The translations under genes were made by a program, and so were the position numbers. Below the pieces are notes generated by a model. That model searched no databases. It saw nothing but the letters and a program-made list of their open reading frames with translations, and was not told the DNA's origin. This document shows positions 18,783 through 28,169 of a stretch of 64,000 bases of DNA, in pieces. Origin of the DNA: Candidatus Heimdallarchaeum aukensis (GTDB lineage Archaea > Asgardarchaeota > Heimdallarchaeia > Heimdallarchaeales > Heimdallarchaeaceae); assembly GCA_021513695.1 (NCBI GenBank), contig CP084166.1, positions 1,792,001-1,856,000 of the forward strand, given 5' to 3'. Within the stretch, counting starts at the first letter, position 1, and each line of letters begins with the position of its first letter.

Positions 18783-19661
18783 ATGACCGTTTCTCAATCT
18801 TGGTGTTGGAGATCATCAAAAGAATTACGACATCATGTGTTTAACAGTTTAAAATATTTAGGTGTTAGCCCAACCAAACTACGTAGCCAAAATTTCTTGA
18901 TTGACTCAAGCGTTATCAAATATCAAATTGAGAAGGCAGAAATTAACAAAGAAGATATTGTATTAGAGATAGGTGGAGGATTAGCTTCTTTAACTAAGTG
19001 TTTAGCAGAGAAAGCTAAAAAAGTTTATTGTATTGAGTTAGATAGAGTTTTTTCCAAATTTCTTCAAGATTTTTTTTCTACATACAACAATGTTGAGATT
19101 ATTAGTGGAGACGCACTAAAAATTGAGTGGCCTTCTTTTTCTAAAAGTGTTTCAAATCTTCCATACCAAATATCGTCCCCTATAACTTTCAAGCTTTTAG
19201 AGCATTCTTTTCAAGTTGCAGTTTTAATGTATCAAAAAGAATTTGCTGACAGATTATTTGCTGAACCAGGAAGTAAAAATTATTCTCGGCTTTCAGTAAT
19301 GATTAAACTAAAAGGAAAAGTAAATTATTTGAAAACAATAAATGAACACTCATTTTATCCCCAACCAAAAGTGAAAAGTGCTTTAGTTGCGATTAAACCA
19401 ATAAATACAGAACTCAATCTAGACATCATTAAATTTGGAGAGTTTATCACTAGTTTATTCACTATGAAAGGAAAAACTGTGAGAAGTGCCCTCAAAATTA
19501 GTTTCAAAAACATTTTATCTAATTTATCAGACAAAGAAAAGGAAAAATTAGAAAAGTTACCATTTATACATAGAAGGATATTTACCCTCACCCAAAATGA
19601 GTTGATTGAACTATACAATGAGATTCTTGAAGCAGGATGGTATTCAAGTGAAAGACATTAA
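18783..19661 (+). CDS. ksgA: 16S rRNA (adenine1518/1519-N6)-dimethyltransferase KsgA/Dim1
   Basis: 292 aa. 'SQNFLIDSSVI', SAM motif 'VLEIGGGLASLT', 'NLPYQISSPI' (NLPY motif). Confidence 0.85.
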   Translation: MTVSQSWCWRSSKELRHHVFNSLKYLGVSPTKLRSQNFLIDSSVIKYQIEKAEINKEDIVLEIGGGLASLTKCLAEKAKKVYCIELDRVFSKFLQDFFSTYNNVEIISGDALKIEWPSFSKSVSNLPYQISSPITFKLLEHSFQVAVLMYQKEFADRLFAEPGSKNYSRLSVMIKLKGKVNYLKTINEHSFYPQPKVKSALVAIKPINTELNLDIIKFGEFITSLFTMKGKTVRSALKISFKNILSNLSDKEKEKLEKLPFIHRRIFTLTQNELIELYNEILEAGWYSSERH

Positions 19662-20274
19662 TCAATATTATCTAGATAAGTATAACATTTCTTTAAGAAT
19701 AAATAATGACATTTACGAACCAGCTGAAGATACTTTTCTTATGATAGATAATGTTATCATTCCAAGGAATGTCAAAATAATACTAGAGATTGGGTGTGGA
19801 AGCGGAATAATTAGTCTTGCCCTAAGTAAAAAATTCCCAAATAAACGTTTTATTTTATCAGATATCTCATTTATATCAACACAATATACAAATTATAATA
19901 TAAAATTAAACAGACTACAAAGCAATATTGATGTAATATGCTCAGATTCAATTGATGCCCTGATTAATTTTTCTCCAGATTTAATTCTTTGGAATCCTCC
20001 TTATTTACCTGAAGAAGAACATTCTTTTTTTACGCAAACTGAAAAAATGATGCTTTTTGGTGGAAAAAAAGGATATGAAGCAGTTTATAAATTGATAAAT
20101 AAATTAAACAAAAGGAAGATGAATACTACATTTTACACGATTTTTTCATCATTGGCTTGGGATCCCGAAGAAGAAATAAGGAATGAAAATTTAAGTATTC
20201 AATTTGAAATTATTAAAGAACAAAAATTACCTTTTGAAAAATTGTATTTAGTTAAAATTCTTATCGGTGACTAG
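19606..20274 (+). CDS. HemK/Mtq2-like N5-glutamine (release-factor) methyltransferase family protein
   Basis: 222 aa. 'YEPAEDTFL', SAM motif 'ILEIGCGSGIISL', catalytic 'LWNPPYLP' (NPPY). Overlaps the ksgA 3' end by 56 nt. Confidence 0.55.
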   Translation: MNYTMRFLKQDGIQVKDINQYYLDKYNISLRINNDIYEPAEDTFLMIDNVIIPRNVKIILEIGCGSGIISLALSKKFPNKRFILSDISFISTQYTNYNIKLNRLQSNIDVICSDSIDALINFSPDLILWNPPYLPEEEHSFFTQTEKMMLFGGKKGYEAVYKLINKLNKRKMNTTFYTIFSSLAWDPEEEIRNENLSIQFEIIKEQKLPFEKLYLVKILIGD

Positions 20275-21016
20275 TTTGACTGCATCAGAAAAAACACTAT
20301 TCGACTACTCTGTAATATTAGTACAACCAAAAATTGAAGGAAATATTGGTGCAATTGCTAGACTCTGTAACAACTATAATGCAAAGAACCTTATATTAAT
20401 TGATCCCCAAGTAGACCATCTCTCATCTGAATCAAGAGCAAGAGCTATGCATTCATCAAAATACTTGGAAAATGCTAAAATTTACTCTACTCTATCTGAT
20501 ATCAGAGAAAAATATACAACACTCATAGCAACAACTGCAAAAGCAGGCGAACAGTATAAAATTTCAAGACAACCGATACTACCATGGGATTTTGCAGAGC
20601 TAGAAATACCTCCAGACACAAAGGTTGGATTAGTTTTTGGTAGAGAAGATATTGGATTACTAAATGAAGAAATAGATATGTGTGATATTCTAGTCAATGT
20701 ACCTTTACCTGGAGAACATAAAGTACTAAATTTATCACATGCTGTAGCAATTTTGTTACACGAATTGTGGAAAGCATCAACAAATATTGAAAAAATAAAG
20801 AAGCAAGAACGAATGTCGTCATATAGTGAGAGGAAGGTCCTTTTTGATGAAATAGAAAAGATTTTAGCAAAGATAGAATATTTCGAACACAAAAAACCAA
20901 TAGTGTATAAATTAATTCAAAAGATAATTAATAGAAGCTTTCCAAATCATCAAGAAATTCATGGTCTAATAGGTTTTTTCAAGGCAATAAGAAGAAAATT
21001 AGAGAAAAAATGTTAG
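20267..21016 (+). CDS. SPOUT (SpoU/TrmJ-like) tRNA 2'-O-ribose methyltransferase
   Basis: 249 aa. 'ILVQPKIEGNIGAIARLCNNYNAKNLILIDPQ' and 'NLSHAVAILLHELW' are TrmH/TrmJ-class motifs. Confidence 0.55.
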   Translation: MTSLTASEKTLFDYSVILVQPKIEGNIGAIARLCNNYNAKNLILIDPQVDHLSSESRARAMHSSKYLENAKIYSTLSDIREKYTTLIATTAKAGEQYKISRQPILPWDFAELEIPPDTKVGLVFGREDIGLLNEEIDMCDILVNVPLPGEHKVLNLSHAVAILLHELWKASTNIEKIKKQERMSSYSERKVLFDEIEKILAKIEYFEHKKPIVYKLIQKIINRSFPNHQEIHGLIGFFKAIRRKLEKKC

Positions 21017-21636
21017 TGAAAAGAATGAAACAAAAGGATTTAGAGATTTTTCTATCAAGGTTAAAAACATTTCAGGAGCCAAAAGTTTTCTTAGAACAAT
21101 ACCAAATTCCTCCGAGACTAGCTGCTATGATTGTTTATAGAGCATACTTATTAGGAGAAATTAAAGATAAAAGTGTTTTAGACCTTTGCTGTGGTACGGG
21201 TTCTTTTTCTATCGCTGCAAAATTACTTGGTGCGAGAGAAGTTTTTGGAGTGGACATAGACTGGTCTGCCTTAAAAATTGCTAAAGAAAATTCATTAAAA
21301 TTCAATATTAATGTTGAATGGATACTAGGTGATGTATTAAAAACAAATTTTAAGGTAGAAACGGTTTTTATGAATAGTCCCTTTGGCATCCAAGGTAAAG
21401 TAAGAGACAAATTCTTTCTTGAAACAGCACTAACAAACGCAGAAACTGTATATTCAATACACCTTTATAATGAAAAAAATATTGAATTTTTAAAAAAAGT
21501 AGTTGAAAAGCACAATAAAAAAGTATCAGAGGTATTCAAAGCAGAATTTGAGATACCTAAAATGTTTAGGTTTCATAAAAAAAGATATCATATCATCAAT
21601 GTAGCAATTATAAAAGCAGAAAGCGATAAAAATTAA
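21010..21636 (+). CDS. METTL5-like N6-adenine RNA methyltransferase (COG2263)
   Basis: 208 aa. SAM motif 'VLDLCCGTGSFSIAA', catalytic 'MNSPFG' (an N/D-PPF-type motif). Confidence 0.5.
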   Translation: MLVKRMKQKDLEIFLSRLKTFQEPKVFLEQYQIPPRLAAMIVYRAYLLGEIKDKSVLDLCCGTGSFSIAAKLLGAREVFGVDIDWSALKIAKENSLKFNINVEWILGDVLKTNFKVETVFMNSPFGIQGKVRDKFFLETALTNAETVYSIHLYNEKNIEFLKKVVEKHNKKVSEVFKAEFEIPKMFRFHKKRYHIINVAIIKAESDKN

Positions 21637-21637
21637 G

Positions 21638-21817
21638 TTAACTTGAATCGACTAACTGTTTTTTTATTAATTCTCTACGATATTTACTATATTTTTGCTC
21701 TTTTTCGATAGAAAATCGAGCTGGATGAGGGGTGTAAGTTTTCCCCCCACAATAGGGACATACATCATGCTTAAGGGTATATTCACCACAATTTGTGCAT
21801 TTATAAAGAGTTTTCAT
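21638..21817 (-). CDS. nop10: H/ACA ribonucleoprotein subunit Nop10
   Basis: Start at the internal Met '[50 protein letters not shown]' gives a 59-aa Nop10-like zinc ribbon. The track's longer ORF (21638..21859) adds an unlikely hydrophobic leader. Confidence 0.7.
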   Translation of the reverse strand: MKTLYKCTNCGEYTLKHDVCPYCGGKTYTPHPARFSIEKEQKYSKYRRELIKKQLVDSS

Positions 21818-21818
21818 T

Positions 21819-22625
21819 TTAATCACTAGAAACATCGGAGATAGTAAAACTAGCTTCATGACCCTCTAAAAACTGTTCAATTCGTTCAACCACCCTAGTT
21901 AATAACTCTTCACCAACTTTAACATCTCTAGCTTTTATTACAAGGCGATAATGAGGAGCTCCAACAGTAAAAATGTCTAAACTTAATTCAGATTTTTCTA
22001 CATCTTTAAAATCTTCTCTGGCTTTTAATGCACTAAGTAAAGCACCCTTTATAACTTCAATACCATTACTTTCCCAACATAAAAGTTCAATATCCTTTTG
22101 AATTGTTTTAATTGGAATTATTAGGTTTTTGTGAGCTATTTCTGTTAATATCTTTGCCCAATCCTCTGATACACCAGCATCAGTAAAAGCTTGCTCATTT
22201 TTGAAGAGTGCTTCTTCAAAAGCTTGGTAAAAAGTTTCATAGTAATCAGAGCAGGGATCTTCAACTTCATTTCTTGCAGTTTCAAAATCTACCTTTTTCT
22301 TCTTGGAGGCAATTTCTAGAAAAGCGAGAGCGGTCTTATAATGTTTCCAGTCTTCAATTTTAGAGCGACGAAGGCTGTCAGAAACACGTTTTAAACTAAC
22401 GTCAATTTGTGTTCCAGTTACACGTTGAACACGACCTACAACCTTTTTTCCTTCCCTAACCACATTACGAATATTTCTAACCCAGGTTGAAGACAATTCA
22501 CTTATATGACAATAAGCAATAAGATCTTCATATTCATCAAGTTTTATATAACAACCGTGACTCTCAATTTTTGTTATTGTACCTAAGACTAGATCTCCGG
22601 GTTCAGGTAAATTTCTTCTACTCAT
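21819..22625 (-). CDS. eif2a: Translation initiation factor 2 subunit alpha (aIF2-alpha)
   Basis: S1 domain '[54 protein letters not shown]'. Start placed at the internal '[13 protein letters not shown]'; the track ORF extends to 22685. Adjacent to nop10 as in many archaea. Confidence 0.8.
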   Translation of the reverse strand: MSRRNLPEPGDLVLGTITKIESHGCYIKLDEYEDLIAYCHISELSSTWVRNIRNVVREGKKVVGRVQRVTGTQIDVSLKRVSDSLRRSKIEDWKHYKTALAFLEIASKKKKVDFETARNEVEDPCSDYYETFYQAFEEALFKNEQAFTDAGVSEDWAKILTEIAHKNLIIPIKTIQKDIELLCWESNGIEVIKGALLSALKAREDFKDVEKSELSLDIFTVGAPHYRLVIKARDVKVGEELLTRVVERIEQFLEGHEASFTISDVSSD

Positions 22626-22711
22626 TATAAACCAATGTGAATTCAAATTAGGCATATAAAAACTTAAGGTTTGGATTCCTATCAACTTGATTTTTTTACA
22701 AATTTTTGTAC

Positions 22712-22797
22712 GCCAATCTTGTTCTTGGAAAAGTTAAAGAAGAAGTACTAACCACTCACAGAGCCAGAAGAGATGGTTGAGCTCTCATTGGCCACAG
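22712..22797 (+). ncRNA. Weak candidate structured small RNA (H/ACA-like?): GC-enriched hairpin GCCAAU...AUUGGC followed by ACA
   Basis: The intergenic segment 'cGCCAATcttgttcttggaaaag...gagctctcATTGGCcACAgaaa' is more GC-rich than its flanks. It closes with a 6-bp stem and a 3' ACA trinucleotide. I could not fold the internal stems by eye. Confidence 0.12.
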
Positions 22798-22927
22798 AAA
22801 TTAAAAAAAGGTTTTTTTCCAAAAGCAATATTAGCAAGGTTATTTTTCCAAAAATTTACAAAATATAGTAATAATATCCTTCTATAAAAAAGGGAAAAAA
22901 AACCACTGTAAATAAAATAGAACGAGA

Positions 22928-24331
22928 ATGAAAGAATTAGGGTTCAACCATTCATTTCTGGAAAATATTAATAAAGGCGTGAAAATTTCGGAGAATATGA
23001 AACAAAAATATAATATATTAATTTTAGTAATCATTTTTTTCTCTTGTTTCACCGTGAAGAACGTTTATTCTTCATCTAACCCTAGTGATCATACTGGGGA
23101 CACTATCTGGAAAATTGAAGTTGGTACTCAAGCACCAGATTTTTCTATTACAGATGTAGATTCTAAAATCACCTACAAATTAAGTGATTTCACTGGAAAG
23201 CCAGTTATGTTGGACTTTTTCGCAACGTGGTGTACTTATTGTGTTCAAGCACTTCCACACTTAGTTGATATTTATGAAATTTTTGGCGACGATATTCAGA
23301 TAATTTCTATAGACGTTGACGAAGACGAAACCGATTCACAAATTTCTTCTTTCCGCAAAGCCCACGATATGGACTGGATTGTTGGTTCTGACAAAGAGAA
23401 CATTGGTGACGCTTACGGAGTGAGTGGTATTCCCCATTTTGTCATTATTGATCAAGATCAAATTGTTTCCTATCAACTAATTGGTTTTGCAGAAGAATAT
23501 GGACCCATCATCAAAGATGAGATTTACAAGTTGCTTCCAGACACTGTTGCGCCTACAATTACTGATTTTCAATACACTATAGTTGGAGATAATTTATCTA
23601 TTTACTCTCCAGAAGTACGCGTTTTTGCCAACATTACTGAAGATCGAGAGGTCTATAGCACTAAACTGATTTTGTCTGGTGATTCTGATACTGAAGTTTC
23701 TTATTCGCTTAATCCTAAACGCGATGGTGATTTCTTTATTATTAACGAAACTGTTTCTGTTGATGTTGCCTTTTTATATCCACAAGACGAAATTGGTGCA
23801 AAGTTGATCGTAAGTGATTTTAAAGGAAATGAGGATATCAGTAGTGTTCTCACTATTCCTATCACTCATTATGACGATACAAGCATTCCTGAAATAGTCA
23901 AAATAGATGTCGAAGTTTCAGAAGTTTCAGACAAATTCCAAATTGATGTAGGTGTAGTTATTCAAGAAGATCTATTCCTCGTTTCAGCTAATGCTACTTT
24001 ACTTAAAAACTATGAACGTTGGTATCCTAAACCCTTAATGCAAGTTAATTCGACTTCCTGGAAAACCTCATTTACTTTATCAAAAACTATGGCCCACCTA
24101 TGCGAGCTTAATCTGACAATCGAATTGATGGATGTTGCTAGTAACATTGTACATGAGACATTACCAGTTCCTACTGATTTAGACCCATCTGGTTGTGAAG
24201 TCGATGAACCAACAGAGCCAACAGAGGGAACAGATACGACAGAACCAACAAAAACACCTATTTCTATGTTTATAGTTTTTATTACTCTCTTCTCCTTAGC
24301 TTCAATATATTATATCTTCAATAAGAAGTAA
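22928..24331 (+). CDS. Exported TlpA-like thioredoxin-fold protein with beta-rich middle region, Thr/Pro/Glu linker and C-terminal TM anchor
   Basis: 467 aa. Signal/TM 'ILILVIIFFSCFTV', thioredoxin motif 'MLDFFATWCTYCVQALPHL', 'GIPHFVIID', C-terminal 'DEPTEPTEGTDTTEPTKTPISMFIVFITLFSLASIYYIFNKK'. Confidence 0.6.
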   Translation: MKELGFNHSFLENINKGVKISENMKQKYNILILVIIFFSCFTVKNVYSSSNPSDHTGDTIWKIEVGTQAPDFSITDVDSKITYKLSDFTGKPVMLDFFATWCTYCVQALPHLVDIYEIFGDDIQIISIDVDEDETDSQISSFRKAHDMDWIVGSDKENIGDAYGVSGIPHFVIIDQDQIVSYQLIGFAEEYGPIIKDEIYKLLPDTVAPTITDFQYTIVGDNLSIYSPEVRVFANITEDREVYSTKLILSGDSDTEVSYSLNPKRDGDFFIINETVSVDVAFLYPQDEIGAKLIVSDFKGNEDISSVLTIPITHYDDTSIPEIVKIDVEVSEVSDKFQIDVGVVIQEDLFLVSANATLLKNYERWYPKPLMQVNSTSWKTSFTLSKTMAHLCELNLTIELMDVASNIVHETLPVPTDLDPSGCEVDEPTEPTEGTDTTEPTKTPISMFIVFITLFSLASIYYIFNKK

Positions 24332-24457
24332 TTTTTTCTTTCTTTTTTCTCCATATATCTTTTTAGTCTTTTTTATTGTTCTCTCTCATTTATTCCATAA
24401 AAATTATCGAAAATGAAAACATTCTTTAGTTCATACATTTTGATTATCATGATTAAA

Positions 24458-25798
24458 ATGCTTGGCACTTTAGGCAGTAAGCTTCACAAAGCTATTTCTA
24501 ATTTCATTAGCGGAGGAGTTGCAGACAAAGAAGCGATAAAACAGTTAAAAAATGAAATGTTACGTGCTTTACTCGAAAGTGATGTTGATTTTGAAATAGC
24601 TAATAAAGTAGTCAGTGAAGTTGAAAAAAAATCTTTAGAAAAAGAGCTTCCAGATGGTTTATCTAGAAAAAAAAGTGTTATTAGTATTATTCATGACGAG
24701 CTAGTAGCTATTCTGGGGAAAAAACATTACCCCATCACAATAAACCATGATAAACCAACCATTATTATGTTAATAGGTATTCAAGGTAGTGGAAAAACTA
24801 CTACTACAGCTAAGATTGCAAAGTATATTAAGAAACGAGGAAAAAAGGTTGCCGTAGTAACTGCAGACAACTGGAGACCTGGAGCATATGAACAACTTCA
24901 ACAACTTTGTTCTCAGATTGATGTTCCTGTATATGGTGATCCTGAAAATAAGCGTACTGTAAAAATTGCTCAAACAGGTATCAAGAAGTTTTTAAATGAG
25001 AAATATAATTATATTATTCTAGATACAGCAGGGCGACATAAAGAGGAGAAAGACTTACTAAATGAGATGAACGATCTCTACTCAAAGATCAAACCAGATG
25101 AAGTCATCTTAGTAATTGATGGTAATTTAGGCCAAACTGCTTACAAACAAGCAAAAGCTTTTGCTGAAAAAACTCCAGTTGGCTCTATAATAGTTACAAA
25201 ACTCGATGGAAGTGCAAAAGGAGGAGGAGCTCTTTCTGCTGCCGCAGCAGCTAAAGTCCCAATTAAATTCATCGGTAATGGCGAAACTATTGATGATCTC
25301 GAAGAATTTAACCCCACATCATTTGTCGGAAGATTATTGGGTCTTGGGGATATTGAAGGTCTTTTAAAAGAGGTAAAAGAATTAGAAGGTTTGCCTTCAA
25401 AAGAACAAGCTTTAGATATGTTAAGTGGAAAAATAACATTTCGTCAGATGATGGAATTGCTAGGACAATTTTCTAAGATGGGTTCAATGAAGAGGATGTT
25501 ATCAATGATACCTGGTTTAGGAATGACACTTACCGATGACATGCTTGATATTAGTAAGGAAAATATGAAAAAATTTGAAGTTATAATGAATTCAATGACT
25601 GACAAAGAGCTGGACAATAAGGTGAAACTTAACCAATCTAGAATCAATCGTATAGCAAGAGGAAGTGGAAGGTCTCATGCAGAAGTAAAAGAGTTAATCA
25701 ATCAACATAAAATGGTTTCACAGATGATGAAGAAAATGAAAAAGAGTAGAAGAGGAGGATTACAAATACCCGGTTTTCCTCCAGGAATGTTTGGTTAG
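24458..25798 (+). CDS. srp54: Signal recognition particle protein SRP54
   Basis: Start placed at 'MLGTLGSKLHKAI'. N domain, GTPase 'GIQGSGKTTT', 'DTAGR', 'TKLDG', C-terminal Met-rich M domain. The track ORF begins 15 codons earlier, at 24413. Confidence 0.9.
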   Translation: MLGTLGSKLHKAISNFISGGVADKEAIKQLKNEMLRALLESDVDFEIANKVVSEVEKKSLEKELPDGLSRKKSVISIIHDELVAILGKKHYPITINHDKPTIIMLIGIQGSGKTTTTAKIAKYIKKRGKKVAVVTADNWRPGAYEQLQQLCSQIDVPVYGDPENKRTVKIAQTGIKKFLNEKYNYIILDTAGRHKEEKDLLNEMNDLYSKIKPDEVILVIDGNLGQTAYKQAKAFAEKTPVGSIIVTKLDGSAKGGGALSAAAAAKVPIKFIGNGETIDDLEEFNPTSFVGRLLGLGDIEGLLKEVKELEGLPSKEQALDMLSGKITFRQMMELLGQFSKMGSMKRMLSMIPGLGMTLTDDMLDISKENMKKFEVIMNSMTDKELDNKVKLNQSRINRIARGSGRSHAEVKELINQHKMVSQMMKKMKKSRRGGLQIPGFPPGMFG

Positions 25799-25819
25799 AA
25801 TAACAACAGGGATTCTCAT

Positions 25820-26404
25820 ATGTCAAAAAACCATTTTGTAATTTTTGCTCCACCTACCCCTTTGTTCACAAAGAATGATATCTATATCCCCTTTTCCCGT
25901 CTTAGTTATATTCATGGAACATATATTAAAGCAATAGCAGATTGCTTTTTTCTATCGAATAAATTTCGATTTAACAATATTTTGCATTATTATACACTTT
26001 TTAAAAATAATACTTATCTTATCTCTTTTAATGGAAAGAAATTAAGATATTTAGGTCCAAGTTATTTTTCAGCTAGCAATCTACTTCTTCGAGCTTTAAC
26101 CCACATAGTTAATCCTCGTTCCAATAAGGGAAAATTAACTCCAGGACTAACAGTAGAAAAAATAGAAGAAGAAACATTAAACCATTTTCAAAAAAGATAC
26201 AAGGGCAAAGACATATTTCTCATTAGTAACAGAACACAAGCTCAAAAAAGTGACATAGACAACCAATTAACACATGAAGCAGTATTCTTATTTGGATATC
26301 AAAAAAAGGAGAAAAATTGGAAAGAAATTTTCTTAGGAAACATCGAAATTGATGAACAAATGATATTACTTAATTACTACCTCGATTTGTGTAAATTATG
26401 TTAG
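25820..26404 (+). CDS. trmY: tRNA (pseudouridine54-N1)-methyltransferase TrmY-like (DUF358 SPOUT)
   Basis: 194 aa. 'IKAIADCFFLSNKFRFNNILHYYTLF' resembles the TrmY block (DAFFLSH.IRRD.V.Y.VL). Directly upstream of and overlapping pus10. Confidence 0.5.
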   Translation: MSKNHFVIFAPPTPLFTKNDIYIPFSRLSYIHGTYIKAIADCFFLSNKFRFNNILHYYTLFKNNTYLISFNGKKLRYLGPSYFSASNLLLRALTHIVNPRSNKGKLTPGLTVEKIEEETLNHFQKRYKGKDIFLISNRTQAQKSDIDNQLTHEAVFLFGYQKKEKNWKEIFLGNIEIDEQMILLNYYLDLCKLC

Positions 26405-27717
26405 ACGTACTAGACAAATCAAAAAAGATACTGGAAGAATACGCACTATGTGATCGTTGTCTGGGTAGACAGTTTTCAAATTTAGCTACTGGAACAACTA
26501 ATAAAGAGCGTGGAGCATCTATAAAACTAGTTTTAGCAATGAATAGTACTCTCGAAAAAGAGCAAATAAATATAGAATTACTGCAAAATCTATCAAAAAC
26601 TGGAGCAATATTCGCAAAAAAGACACTAAAAAAAATAGGTTGCATCCCAAAAGAAACTCAAAAATGCTATTTGTGTGAAGGAAAACTAGATGAACTAGAA
26701 GATTTAGTACAGAAAATTGTTAAAGCAATCAACGAATATGAGTTTGAAAGTTTTCTAATTGGAAATGTTCTGGATAATAGTTTATACATTAAAGAAAATA
26801 AGATAAAAGACAAATTCGGTTTACATGGAACCGAATACTTAAAACAAGAATTTAATAGAGAGATAGGAAAAAAAATTAACGAAATTACGAAAAAGAAAAC
26901 AGATTTTAATACTCCAGAGATAATTATTGAATGTAATCCTTTTTCATCAAAGATCTTAGAAATAAAAATTCGTTCAGTTTACATTTACGGTAGATACAAT
27001 AAATACGTTCGAACTATTCCACAAACTCATTGGGATTGTAGAAATTGCAAGGGGAAAGGATGTGAGAAGTGTAATTTTACTGGAAAGAATTATGCAGAAT
27101 CAGTAGAGGAACTAATGGCAAAACCAGTTTTAGAACTTACAAAAGGAGAAAAGGCTGTATTACATGGCTCAGGAAGAGAGGATATAGATGTGAGAATGTT
27201 AGGTTCAGGAAGACCTTTTGTACTGGAAGTAAAAAAACCAAAAATAAGGAATATAGATCTAAAAAAATTAGAAGAACAAATAAACAAAGAAGCAAATAAT
27301 AAGATTAAAGTTAATAATCTGCGCATTTCCTCAAAAAAGGAAGTTATCAAACTTAAAACGAAGTCACAACAATCAACCAAGATATATAAAGCAATAGTAG
27401 AGTTCGAGAATCTAGTTTCAGATGAAACAATAAAAAAAATTGAAGAGAATTTAAAAGATAAAACCTTAAACCAAAAAACACCAACAAGAGTAAAACATAG
27501 AAGAGCAGATATAATAAGAAAGAAAAGGGTATATGAAGTAAGATGCAAAAGAATAGATGAAAAACATGTAGAAGCGATAATAACATGTGAGGGAGGAACA
27601 TATGTGAAGGAATTAATATCAGGAGATGAGGGAAGAACAGAACCTAGTTTTACAGAAATAGCAGAAAATAAAGCAGAATGCGTAGAACTAGATGTACTAG
27701 AAATAAAAGAACAATAA
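26398..27717 (+). CDS. pus10: tRNA pseudouridine(54/55) synthase Pus10
   Basis: 439 aa. N-terminal Zn-binding 'CDRCLGRQF', additional CxxC pairs ('CRNCKGKGCEKC'), catalytic-domain signature 'GSGREDIDVRMLGSGRPFVLEV'. Confidence 0.7.
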   Translation: MLDVLDKSKKILEEYALCDRCLGRQFSNLATGTTNKERGASIKLVLAMNSTLEKEQINIELLQNLSKTGAIFAKKTLKKIGCIPKETQKCYLCEGKLDELEDLVQKIVKAINEYEFESFLIGNVLDNSLYIKENKIKDKFGLHGTEYLKQEFNREIGKKINEITKKKTDFNTPEIIIECNPFSSKILEIKIRSVYIYGRYNKYVRTIPQTHWDCRNCKGKGCEKCNFTGKNYAESVEELMAKPVLELTKGEKAVLHGSGREDIDVRMLGSGRPFVLEVKKPKIRNIDLKKLEEQINKEANNKIKVNNLRISSKKEVIKLKTKSQQSTKIYKAIVEFENLVSDETIKKIEENLKDKTLNQKTPTRVKHRRADIIRKKRVYEVRCKRIDEKHVEAIITCEGGTYVKELISGDEGRTEPSFTEIAENKAECVELDVLEIKEQ

Positions 27718-27874
27718 GAGAAAAAAAGTAAAACAAGGTTAAATACTAAATATTAGAGATAAATAGGAGTATAATCTAGAACTCAAGCAACAAGGAAAGT
27801 TAATAAAATCAAAAAGCAAAAAGTTTTAATAAAGAAGAAGAAGAAAAAAAATAGAAACAAAAACACCCAAAAAA

Positions 27875-27997
27875 GAGGGGATTGTCGAGCGGTCAAAGAC
27901 GACAGGCTTAAGATCACAGATTGCTTCTTTGAAAAAGGGCTAGAGAAGGAACCTGTTCCTTAGTGGTTCGGGAGTTCGAATCTCCCTCCCCTCACCA
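27875..27997 (+). tRNA. tRNA-Leu(UAA), class II, with about a 38-nt intron at 37/38 (about 27913..27950); 3' CCA encoded
   Basis: Acceptor GAGGGGA/UCCCCUC, D-stem GUC/GAC with long D-loop, anticodon stem ACAGG (27902-27906) pairing with CCUGU (27952-27956), loop CUUAAGA with anticodon UAA at 27908-27910, long variable arm, T-arm GGGAG-UUCGAAU-CUCCC, discriminator A, then CCA. The 64-aa ORF at 27963..28157 overlaps and is spurious. Confidence 0.65.
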
Positions 27998-28169
27998 CTG
28001 TTTTTATGAGAATTTTAATAAGCAAAAGCTACTTTGTAAATCGAAAGGGGGAAAAGAGAGAAGAGAAAATAGGTTAAACTGCTCTTCTCAGAATAAATAT
28101 AAGAATTCAATATTTAAGCATAACATTTTCAGAATTCAGTTTTCATACAAGCAATAGAAAAAAATAGGA

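Noticed and set aside
27090-27601. Two overlapping minus-strand ORFs (152 and 82 aa)
   Set aside because: Both lie entirely inside pus10 on the opposite strand. They are hydrophobic and low-complexity, and the sense-strand gene has strong motif support.
27963-28157. 64-aa ORF
   Set aside because: It starts inside the 3' half of tRNA-Leu and runs into AT-rich spacer, so it is not a plausible gene.
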